32,000 bases of DNA from Vibrio vulnificus CMCP6 (lineage in GTDB: Bacteria; Pseudomonadota; Gammaproteobacteria; Enterobacterales; Vibrionaceae): contig NC_004459.3 in the NCBI RefSeq assembly GCF_000039765.1, positions 2,866,104 through 2,898,103 on the forward strand. The letters run 5' to 3'. This document shows, piece after piece, positions 1-8,102 of this stretch. A program made the translations under genes and the position numbers. Positions within the stretch are counted from its first letter, which is position 1; every line of letters begins with the position of its first letter. The notes below the pieces were generated by a model. The model did not search any database, had not been told where the DNA came from, and saw only the letters and a list, made by a program, of their open reading frames with translations.

Positions 1-109
1 GGTGTCTCACTCGTTGCCGAGCACGGTAAGCGCTATCTATACGCCTCTCAGATCCCTAATCTCAGTGATACGTTTGCTACGTAAAAATAAGCAATACAAA
101 AACAAGCGA

Positions 110-138
110 CAAAAAAGCCACCCGAATCTGGATGGCTT
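110..138 (-). terminator. Rho-independent terminator of the diguanylate cyclase gene
   Basis: Read on the minus strand: AGCCATCC-agattc-GGGTGGCT (8 bp, one G.U pair) followed by TTTTTTG. It lies about 27 nt downstream of the stop codon at 165-167. Confidence 0.65.
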
Positions 139-164
139 CGTCTGTTCAAGGCAATTGCCGAGCT

Positions 165-1496
165 CTAACCGCATTCGCTGGTTATCTTCTGCATACCGTA
201 ATTCACTTCGACTCGGTTACGGCCGCGATGTTTGGCTTGATAGAGTGCGTCATCAGCACGAGCAAGAAACTCCGTTACCCGTTCTTCCTGCATCTGCGCC
301 ACGCCGATACTGCAAGTAAGCATGCCACCATGCACCCAAAGATGATTCGAAACATTTTTACGAATCATTTCTGCTTTTTCTACTGCTTGTTGCAGCGTGG
401 TTTCTGGAAGAAAGACGATAAACTCCTCACCGCCCCATCGAACTAAGCGTTCACCTTCTTCTAAAGAACTGGCGACCACCAGCACGAATTCACGTAAGAT
501 GTCGTCTCCCATTTGATGGCCATAACGGTCATTGACACGCTTGAACTTATCCAGATCCAGATAGAGAACTGAAAGCTGTTCTTGCCCCCAACGTACCGTA
601 CGCGCTTTTTTCTCCAACCAAGTTCGAACCGCATGACGGTTCATCGCTCCCGTCAACGCATCGCGGTGAGCAAGTTCAGCAAACTCGTAATTCTGCGCGC
701 GAAGATCCGCATTCATCTTCTTTAAATGCTCTTGGCGAAAACGAGACTCAGCTAGGGTGTGCTTACTTTTACGTAGTTCATTCAAAGAAAACGCCAGTCC
801 CAATAATACCCAAGAAAGCAACAAAGCAAACAACAGGGTTTCCTGAGCTAAATACGCACCTTCAAACTCAATGCGTTCAATACGGATATGATGCTCTCCA
901 TTTGCCGCTCCTGAGCCTGTCGCCAACTCAATTCGTGTCACGTTGGAATATTCTGGTGCAGAATGTTCAATTGGAATCTTATTGTCGGCTAGCCACCAGG
1001 TCATGACTTGCAAGTTCGCCAACGGGATCTCAATGGTTTCCATGCTGGCACTCGGTGTGAACTCCATGCCGTTGTATTTGTAAGTGTACTCATTATCTGC
1101 GGTGGAATAAGCCGGATTAAAATTGCGCAAATAGAAGCGTAATCGACCATTGGATTCGCCCGTTTTGTCGTAGCTGAGTTTGAGCCGGATGGTGTGGTAG
1201 TTGGAAAGGTCGATACCTTTAGTCGCTTCAAGTGTGTCAGTAAAAATCGAAATGCCACAGTAAGGCCACGGGTAGTTAGCCGTTTGCATGTTACAGCTTA
1301 AATCTATCGTTTGGCCATCAATCGCCATTTCCGTCGTCGTAATACCGCCTGCTGCCCGATCATCGGTGGCAAAATAAGCAAAACGTTCTGGTGTGATGAC
1401 AAGTTTTCTCGTGTCACCTAACACACTATAAAGCGCGACTAAACTGATGGTACATATTGCGAGAGCAAAAATAAGTTTATGTATCCATTTCATCAT
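165..1496 (-). CDS. Membrane-bound diguanylate cyclase (GGDEF) with an uncharacterised periplasmic N-terminal domain
   Basis: 443-aa ORF. It has an N-terminal TM helix, a ~190-aa domain between two TM segments (second TM LLFALLLSWVLLGLAF), a coiled linker, and a C-terminal GGDEF domain with an intact active site RWGGEEFIVFL. No RxxD I-site precedes it (EEGE instead). GGAGG SD at 1500-1504. The start is ATG 1496 or, with better spacing, ATG 1493. Confidence 0.9.
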   Translation of the reverse strand: MMKWIHKLIFALAICTISLVALYSVLGDTRKLVITPERFAYFATDDRAAGGITTTEMAIDGQTIDLSCNMQTANYPWPYCGISIFTDTLEATKGIDLSNYHTIRLKLSYDKTGESNGRLRFYLRNFNPAYSTADNEYTYKYNGMEFTPSASMETIEIPLANLQVMTWWLADNKIPIEHSAPEYSNVTRIELATGSGAANGEHHIRIERIEFEGAYLAQETLLFALLLSWVLLGLAFSLNELRKSKHTLAESRFRQEHLKKMNADLRAQNYEFAELAHRDALTGAMNRHAVRTWLEKKARTVRWGQEQLSVLYLDLDKFKRVNDRYGHQMGDDILREFVLVVASSLEEGERLVRWGGEEFIVFLPETTLQQAVEKAEMIRKNVSNHLWVHGGMLTCSIGVAQMQEERVTEFLARADDALYQAKHRGRNRVEVNYGMQKITSECG

Positions 1497-1810
1497 CAGC
1501 CTCCAAAAAACAACTCAACTTACTATTTAATATTTAATGTCAATCTTTTTATTGTTATTTTTTTACCTTTCTCAATAGCGACACACTATACCATGCGGAA
1601 TAAGTGTGATGTTAATTCCAACGTAAATTAGCGTTCAGTTATGTAAGCAAATGCGACCTGGTTCACGCTGTTAAATAAGTTTTATAACAATAACTAAACC
1701 ACTGGATAACCACTATCACCTCAATGGGGGATGGTAATCGCGATAACGCGAACCGACTCGCAACCTGCATTTTGTTACCGTTTGGGTATATACTTCCGCA
1801 AAAACAAATA

Positions 1811-2647
1811 ATGAGTAATGTCATGACTACAAATGCGAAAGGCACGCTGGATAAAATGCGTGCAACTTTAGAGGGTGTGGTGCAATACCGATTGCCTGTT
1901 GGAGACACTGAAATCGAGTTGACGCCGTTTATCGGCCAGAGCATCACCCTTACCCACACAGGCAACATCTTTTGTTGTTCATGCGGTAAAAAAACCAAGA
2001 AGAGCTATGCGCAAGGTCACTGCTATGTTTGCATGAGTAAATTGGCAAGTTGTGATATGTGCATCATGAAGCCAGAAACCTGCCATTACGATCAAGGTAC
2101 CTGTCGTGAACCCGAATGGGCAGACACACACTGCATGGTTGATCACTATGTTTATCTTTCGAATACCTCTAGCCTTAAGGTTGGCATTACACGCCATACA
2201 CAGATCCCAACCCGCTGGATCGATCAAGGTGCGACGCAAGGCTTACCGATTCTGAAAGTGAAGACTCGCCAAATCTCCGGCCTGATTGAAGTCGAGCTGG
2301 CGAAGCACATTGCGGATAAAACCAATTGGCAAGCGTTACTCAAAGGGGATGGCACGCCCCTTCCGCTTGAAGAGCGAGCGCAACAACTGCTGCCATTGAT
2401 TGAAGAGAAAATCTGTGAAATTCGCGCCAAGTACGGCGATGACAGTATCGAGATTCTTCAGGACGTAACCACCAGCATCCAATACCCAGTGGAGCAACAT
2501 CCAAGCAAAATCAAGTCGCACAACTTTGATAAAAATCCGCTGGTGAGTGGTGTACTTCAAGGCATTAAGGGGCAGTATCTGATTTTGGATACGGGCGTGA
2601 TTAATGTTCGCAAATTCACCTCTTATGAAGTGGAATTTGAAGCCTAA
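1811..2647 (+). CDS. Conserved Cys-rich hypothetical protein (DUF2797-like, family name from memory)
   Basis: Long ORF with protein-like composition. It carries a cluster of eight Cys residues (CCSCGKK...HCYVCMSKLASCDMC...ETCHYDQGTC) suggesting Zn-ribbon(s). The track ORF starts at 1724, but I prefer ATG 1811 or 1823. Neither has a strong SD, so the start is uncertain. A terminator follows at 2655-2680. Confidence 0.75.
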   Translation: MSNVMTTNAKGTLDKMRATLEGVVQYRLPVGDTEIELTPFIGQSITLTHTGNIFCCSCGKKTKKSYAQGHCYVCMSKLASCDMCIMKPETCHYDQGTCREPEWADTHCMVDHYVYLSNTSSLKVGITRHTQIPTRWIDQGATQGLPILKVKTRQISGLIEVELAKHIADKTNWQALLKGDGTPLPLEERAQQLLPLIEEKICEIRAKYGDDSIEILQDVTTSIQYPVEQHPSKIKSHNFDKNPLVSGVLQGIKGQYLILDTGVINVRKFTSYEVEFEA

Positions 2648-2654
2648 TGATACA

Positions 2655-2680
2655 AAAGAGCCAGCATTCGCTGGCTCTTT
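2655..2680. terminator. Bidirectional rho-independent terminator between convergent genes
   Basis: Perfect 11-bp stem AAAGAGCCAGC-attc-GCTGGCTCTTT. An A-run precedes it and a T-run follows, so it works on both strands. It sits between the stop at 2645-2647 (+) and the stop at 2686-2688 (-). Confidence 0.85.
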
Positions 2681-2685
2681 CCTTA

Positions 2686-3930
2686 CTATGCACTCGGTTG
2701 ATCGACAATACTCTCTAAAACATTAAACAACAAGTCGACCTCTTCGACCGTGTTGTAATGCATGCAACCAATCCGAATCACTCCGCCGCTGAACTCCAAC
2801 CCTAATTGCCGAATCAGGCCAAGGGCATAAAAGTGACCATTCCAGACACAGATGTTGTGCTCACCCAGTGTTTTTGCCATGAACTCTGGAGAATAGCCCT
2901 TCACTGTAATCGCAAATGTCGGGGTACGTTTATCACTTGATGCGTCGTTGATGCCGTATAACGTGACCCCATCAAGTGCCGACAAACGCTGCAAAAAATG
3001 CTGGCTTAATGTTTGCTCATGTTGAGCATAACGCGCGTAACTTTGCTCTAGCCGCTGGCGCAAACTAGCACCTTCTTCTCCGAACTGAGCGAGGTACTCA
3101 ATGGCTGCAGACACACCCGCTAAGCCTTCAAAGCTTTGCGTACCTGTTTCAAAACGGCCCGGCCCAATGTTCGTGGCAGGCTCCACTTTATAAGGGCGCA
3201 GCGTCTCCAACCAAGGGGAAGCGACATAAGCAATGCCCACATGAGGACCAAAAAACTTGTATGCCGAGCAGGCAAGAAAGTCACAACCCAAGGCTTGCAC
3301 ATCCACTAAGTGGTGCGGCAAATAGTGCACCGCATCGACATACACCAAAGCGCCCACACTTCGAGCTAACTTCACCACTGACGCAATATCAACAATGGTG
3401 CCCGTGGTATTCGAGGCAAAGGTGACGGCCACTAATTTTGTGCGAGCATTGAGCAACTGTTTGAAGTGTTCCATATCCAAAGTGCAATCTTCAGGGTTAA
3501 CCCGCACTTGGTGAACGGTCACGCCTTTGTCTTCTGCTGCCTGCTCCCAGCTCGAGACATTGGAATAGTGATCCAACGCGGTGACAATAACTTCATCCCC
3601 CGCCTGCCAATCTCGGCTAATGGCTCGACTTAACTGAAACGTCAAAGAGGTCATATTCGCACCGAAGACAATATTGTCTTGCGATGGCGCATTGAGTAAT
3701 GCTTGCGCAGATTGGCGCGCTTGCTTCATTACCTCAACCGTCTTGTGACTGGAAAAATAGTGCCCGCCTAAGTTCGAGTTAAAATGCCCGAGGTAGCCGA
3801 CCATGGCATCCAACACAGATTGCGGTACTTGAGATCCGCCCGGCCCGTCAAAAAACGTTACTGGTCTTTGGTTATGATACTGTGCCAACGCAGGAAACTG
3901 CGCTCGAACTTGATTAGGCGACCAATTCAT
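2686..3930 (-). CDS. Class V (cysteine desulfurase-like fold) PLP-dependent enzyme that lacks the catalytic cysteine
   Basis: 414 aa. Aligns by eye to SufS/CsdA-type enzymes: PLP-lysine motif CSAYKFFGPH and C-terminal motif IRIGCMHYNTVEEVD (cf. SufS RASLAMYNTHEEVD). The segment corresponding to the SufS persulfide loop RTGHHCA reads VWNGHFYA, with Tyr in place of Cys. It resembles the aminotransferase class V VC1184 subfamily of unknown function (from memory). AAGGAA SD. The ATG overlaps the upstream gene by 17 nt. Confidence 0.85.
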   Translation of the reverse strand: MNWSPNQVRAQFPALAQYHNQRPVTFFDGPGGSQVPQSVLDAMVGYLGHFNSNLGGHYFSSHKTVEVMKQARQSAQALLNAPSQDNIVFGANMTSLTFQLSRAISRDWQAGDEVIVTALDHYSNVSSWEQAAEDKGVTVHQVRVNPEDCTLDMEHFKQLLNARTKLVAVTFASNTTGTIVDIASVVKLARSVGALVYVDAVHYLPHHLVDVQALGCDFLACSAYKFFGPHVGIAYVASPWLETLRPYKVEPATNIGPGRFETGTQSFEGLAGVSAAIEYLAQFGEEGASLRQRLEQSYARYAQHEQTLSQHFLQRLSALDGVTLYGINDASSDKRTPTFAITVKGYSPEFMAKTLGEHNICVWNGHFYALGLIRQLGLEFSGGVIRIGCMHYNTVEEVDLLFNVLESIVDQPSA

Positions 3931-4573
3931 GTGCCATTCCTTTTGCCGTCAACACAAACACATCCATATGACCTTCTCGTTCTTGTTCAATAGCGCGAAT
4001 GGGTTTGGCGTTGTGCCACAACTTGTTGTCTGCCAGCATCGCGATTTCGCCATTATTCAACACTTTTCTAAAAAACGGCTCAGAGTGAAAATCACTGTAC
4101 AGCATGATATCCCCCCCTTCGATGTTATTGCGGCCAACACCAACAATCGCAATATGATCAAATCCATCTTGGTGCACGCCTTCAGGGGCGACTTGCGTCT
4201 CGTCATATATTGCGGTAATGCGGATTTGATGCACTTCGATTTCCTGTCCATCTCTCAGGTCATTCTTCACCGCAAACAACTGACACATTTCACGAAAACC
4301 TTCGCTGTTTAGTGTGCTCTTTTCAATCGGAGAAAACTGTCGAACCACATCACCTTGGAAACGGTTGATATCTGAAGTCTGTACAAAGTCATGCTTGTCC
4401 AACTCAATCACGCTACCTTGATGCAAGGAGACGACGGAATAGCGTCTTAAACGGAATTTGCCATCCGCATGCTCCGTGTGGGGTAACTTGGAAAAAGATG
4501 GCGACAACTGTTCAATTGCGCGACGGCTGAGTTGAGTTAAATGTAGGGTACTCTCGTGCGAATGTAGCATCAT
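3914..4573 (-). CDS. 2-oxoglutarate/Fe(II)-dependent dioxygenase, PF10014-like (family of free amino-acid hydroxylases)
   Basis: 219 aa. Carries an HxD...H facial triad (VH134-Q-D136 ... LWH187NAKP, 53-residue spacing). The overall sequence resembles the 2OG-Fe dioxygenase family that includes Bacillus L-isoleucine dioxygenase (from memory). AGGAG SD at 4577-4581. Start is ATG 4573 or 4570. Translationally coupled to the downstream PLP enzyme. Confidence 0.8.
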   Translation of the reverse strand: MMLHSHESTLHLTQLSRRAIEQLSPSFSKLPHTEHADGKFRLRRYSVVSLHQGSVIELDKHDFVQTSDINRFQGDVVRQFSPIEKSTLNSEGFREMCQLFAVKNDLRDGQEIEVHQIRITAIYDETQVAPEGVHQDGFDHIAIVGVGRNNIEGGDIMLYSDFHSEPFFRKVLNNGEIAMLADNKLWHNAKPIRAIEQEREGHMDVFVLTAKGMAHELVA

Positions 4574-4797
4574 TCACTCCTTTGATTGATACATTTGTTA
4601 TTTTATTGTTAAACACAACTCAGACAGAATAATGCCAAATATCGCAAGATCAACTTTACACCACAAAAAATTCCAACCAAGAACAAAATAAAGCATTTAA
4701 TTCCAGAATATAAGAAAAGACCAACACACAACACCAAAACAAAAACTTAACATTTTCAAAAAGCAGTTCAGTATTCTGCTAGGAAGAACTGAAGCTT

Positions 4798-4901
4798 AAA
4801 AAATCAATCAGATAGAGTATTTCTCTTTATAATCGAAACCCTTATCCGTCGCTCCCTCTACAGATGAAGCTAGCTATATATACCTAAGTGACTTTACGAT
4901 G
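4798..4901 (-). ncRNA. Candidate sigma-E-dependent small RNA (or 5' leader-derived RNA) upstream of the dioxygenase operon
   Basis: Predicted TSS is ~6-7 nt downstream of the sigma-E -10 at 4908-4912. No ORF is present. About 100 nt downstream lies an AU-rich hairpin UCGAUUA-uaa-AGAG-aaaua-CUCU-auc-UGAUUGA followed by U6 (4798-4836). A second weak hairpin plus U-run (AGCAG-N9-CUGCUUUUU) lies at ~4757-4780. The RNA contains GCUUCAUCU (complement of 4862-4870), which resembles GCUUUAUCU in the VrrA-like RNA of this window. The ends are predictions only. Confidence 0.35.
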
Positions 4902-4907
4902 CAGGAT

Positions 4908-4935
4908 TCAGAGCTTCATAATCTGGTTCAGTTCC
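4908..4935 (-). promoter_or_regulatory. Sigma-E (RpoE)-type promoter
   Basis: The minus strand reads GGAACTG-aaccagattatgaagc-TCTGAAT: -35 GGAACT, then a 16-nt spacer after the 7-mer, then -10 TCTGA. This is the same architecture as E. coli degP/rpoH-P3-type sigma-E promoters and identical in format to the promoter at 31243-31270. Confidence 0.7.
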
Positions 4936-5140
4936 AGGAAGAGAACGCAGCGGAATGGCGAGTCCTTTCCAAGTTCTTTGACGCAGAAATGAGACAGAAC
5001 ACGCGCTCCCAAAGGCGAGTTTAACTGGCCTCCATACTGCGTTATCGATTCTCGATGTAGAATGACGAGACCGTCAAATCAATGCCTTGTCTAAAGACCA
5101 GTTAACTCTCGCTGAAACTCGCATCTCGAGGTGACTTGGG

Positions 5141-5174
5141 TATAACCTATAACCAGAAATTCGTTATAACCTAT
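5141..5174. repeat. Direct repeat TATAACCTAT x2 upstream of trxB
   Basis: Exact 10-mers at 5141-5150 and 5165-5174, 24 bp start to start. They lie 74-107 bp upstream of the trxB ATG. Possible regulator binding sites; function unknown. Confidence 0.4.
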
Positions 5175-5238
5175 TGGTTTATTCTTTTATTGACCGTGAC
5201 TTTTCCATACAATCTGAAGAAACTTAACTGCCCGCTAG

Positions 5239-6207
<969 letters not shown>

Positions 6208-6234
6208 CTTTTCACATTTGTGTCATATCCTTAC

Positions 6235-6267
6235 AGCCCGGCGGTATTCCCGCCGGGCTTTCTTTTG
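6235..6267 (+). terminator. Rho-independent terminator after trxB
   Basis: AGCCCGGCGG-tattc-CCGCCGGGCT followed by TTCTTTTG. Confidence 0.85.
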
Positions 6268-6314
6268 TATACTAGGCCCCCTCTTAATAAAACAATTATC
6301 ATTAAGCCTTCAAG

Positions 6315-8102
6315 ATGGATAAAAAGAAACAACGCAGCTTGAATCTGTGGCTCAAACAGCAAAGCAAACTAGCCAAACGCTGGTTAATGATTGCCGTTGG
6401 CCTTGGCGTACTATCAAGTGTGTTTTTGTTGGCACAAGCCGCCTTGCTCGCCACCATTCTTCATCAATTAATCATTGAGAAAGTCGACAAACATCAGCTC
6501 ATTACTCATTTCATCGCTCTTGTAGCACTGATTGGCCTGCGTGCTCTTTGCTCATGGGGTCGCGAGATTGCTGGCTACCGTTGCGGCGAGCAAATTCGCA
6601 TCTACATCCGCCAGTTGATTTTCGATAAGCTGCGAGAGCTCGGCCCGGCGTACATTAAAGGCAAGCCTGCTGGAGCATGGGCAACCTTAGTTCTTGAACA
6701 GGTTGAGAATATGCAGGATTTCTTTGCTCGCTATCTGCCGCAAATGTCCTTAGCCGTGCTGGTGCCGTTTGTGATTCTTATTGTTGTTTTTCCTGTCAAC
6801 TGGGCTGCTGGGCTTATTTTCTTGATTACCGCACCATTGGTCCCTCTATTTATGGCGATGGTGGGCATTAAAGCTGCTGACGCCAACAGAAAAAATTTCA
6901 AAGCGCTTCAACGTCTGTCTGGTCATTTTTATGATCGCTTACAAGCGATGACGACGATTCGCCTTTTTGATCGTACTCACGCTGAAGTCGAAGTGATGCG
7001 TGGTGCATCCGAAGTGTTCCGCACTCGAACGATGGACGTATTGAAAATTGCGTTTTTGTCTTCAGCGGTTCTCGAATTCTTTACTTCGATCTCGATTGCT
7101 CTCACTGCCGTTTACTTTGGTTTTGCTTTTATCGGCGAACTTAACTTCGGCGACTATGGTGCAGGCGTCACTCTGTTTTCGGGTTTGTTTATTTTGATCC
7201 TCGCTCCAGAGTTTTATCAGCCCCTTCGTGACCTGGGTACTTTCTACCACGCCAAGCAACAAGCGGTGGGGGCAGCAGAGAGCATCGTTGAGTTCTTGGA
7301 AACTGACGTCAGCACAGTGCGCAGCGGCGAGCAACAAATTGAACAAGGTCAACCTATCACCATCAAAGCGGAACACTTAGAAGTGTTTTCACCGGAAGGG
7401 AAAAAGCTACTTGGCCCAGTGAGCTTTAACATTGCCGCTCAACAAACCACGGCGCTTGTCGGTCCCAGTGGTGCAGGGAAAACCAGCTTGATTAACGCAT
7501 TATTGGGATTCTTGCCTTATCAAGGGTCATTAACCATCAATGGCATCGAAAGAACGGAGCTTGACCTTGCTCAGTGGCGCAGCCAGATCAGTTGGGTGGG
7601 ACAAAATCCGCTGCTCCTCCATGGAACTATTCGCGACAACGTCAGTTTAGGCAAGTCGGATATCAGCGATACCGATATCCAAGTGGCACTTGAAAATGCA
7701 TTTGCTGCCGAGTTTGTCAGCCAACACGGATTGGATTACGCCATTTCTGATCGTTCTGGGGGCTTATCCGTCGGCCAAGCACAACGTCTTGCTCTTGCTC
7801 GAGCGATGGTACAAAACGGCCAGTTTTGGCTACTCGATGAGCCCACAGCTAGCCTCGATGCTCGCAGCGAACGTTTGGTGATGCAAGGCCTCGAAGGACA
7901 AATAGCGGGTAAAACAGCGCTCATGGTCACTCACCAATTAACACCGCTTAAACAAGTCGATTCCATCCTTGTGATGCGTGCTGGTGACATTGTTCAAGCA
8001 GGCAGTTATGACGAACTTGCTCATCAAGAAGGCTTGTTCCAAGAAATGTTATTGGCTAACCAAGCCCTCAAGCAACTTGATAAGGGGAATCTTGATGCGT
8101 GA
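6315..8102 (+). CDS. cydD: Cysteine/glutathione ABC exporter subunit CydD (needed for cytochrome bd assembly)
   Basis: Colinear with E. coli CydD from the N-terminus (LWLKQQS..RWL) through the TM domain (GKPAGAWATLVLEQVENMQDFFARYLPQM), Walker A GPSGAGKTS, signature LSVGQAQR and Walker B WLLDEPTASLD. Confidence 0.95.
   Translation: MDKKKQRSLNLWLKQQSKLAKRWLMIAVGLGVLSSVFLLAQAALLATILHQLIIEKVDKHQLITHFIALVALIGLRALCSWGREIAGYRCGEQIRIYIRQLIFDKLRELGPAYIKGKPAGAWATLVLEQVENMQDFFARYLPQMSLAVLVPFVILIVVFPVNWAAGLIFLITAPLVPLFMAMVGIKAADANRKNFKALQRLSGHFYDRLQAMTTIRLFDRTHAEVEVMRGASEVFRTRTMDVLKIAFLSSAVLEFFTSISIALTAVYFGFAFIGELNFGDYGAGVTLFSGLFILILAPEFYQPLRDLGTFYHAKQQAVGAAESIVEFLETDVSTVRSGEQQIEQGQPITIKAEHLEVFSPEGKKLLGPVSFNIAAQQTTALVGPSGAGKTSLINALLGFLPYQGSLTINGIERTELDLAQWRSQISWVGQNPLLLHGTIRDNVSLGKSDISDTDIQVALENAFAAEFVSQHGLDYAISDRSGGLSVGQAQRLALARAMVQNGQFWLLDEPTASLDARSERLVMQGLEGQIAGKTALMVTHQLTPLKQVDSILVMRAGDIVQAGSYDELAHQEGLFQEMLLANQALKQLDKGNLDA

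Noticed and set aside
2-446. Plus-strand ORFs 2..319 and 132..446
   Set aside because: They are largely antisense to the well-supported GGDEF gene and cross its terminator. Composition is low-complexity and they show no recognisable similarity. A possible C-terminal fragment of an upstream plus-strand gene (frame 1, stop at 82-84) is too short to call.
1582-1620. CRP-like site TGTGA-N6-TTCCA and inverted repeat CACACT-N15-AGTGTG between the DGC and the DUF gene
   Set aside because: Only one half-site matches the CRP consensus (3/5 in the other). Six-bp arms at this spacing are expected by chance in AT-rich intergenic DNA. Mentioned only as context.
1663-1998. Minus-strand 111-aa ORF in the divergent promoter region
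   Set aside because: It overlaps the 5' end of the DUF2797-like gene in antisense. It has no SD, and its hydrophobic, low-complexity translation is typical of a shadow ORF.
4600-4760. CA-rich low-complexity stretch (ccaacacacaacaccaaaacaaaaac), considered as a possible repeat or mobile-element scar
   Set aside because: It has no direct or inverted terminal repeats, no periodic unit and no adjacent mobility gene. It is most simply the G/U-rich 5' leader of the minus-strand operon.
7978-8094. 5' extension of cydC given by the ORF track
   Set aside because: It lies inside cydD in another frame. The conserved CydC N-terminus starts at ATG 8095, which overlaps the cydD stop.
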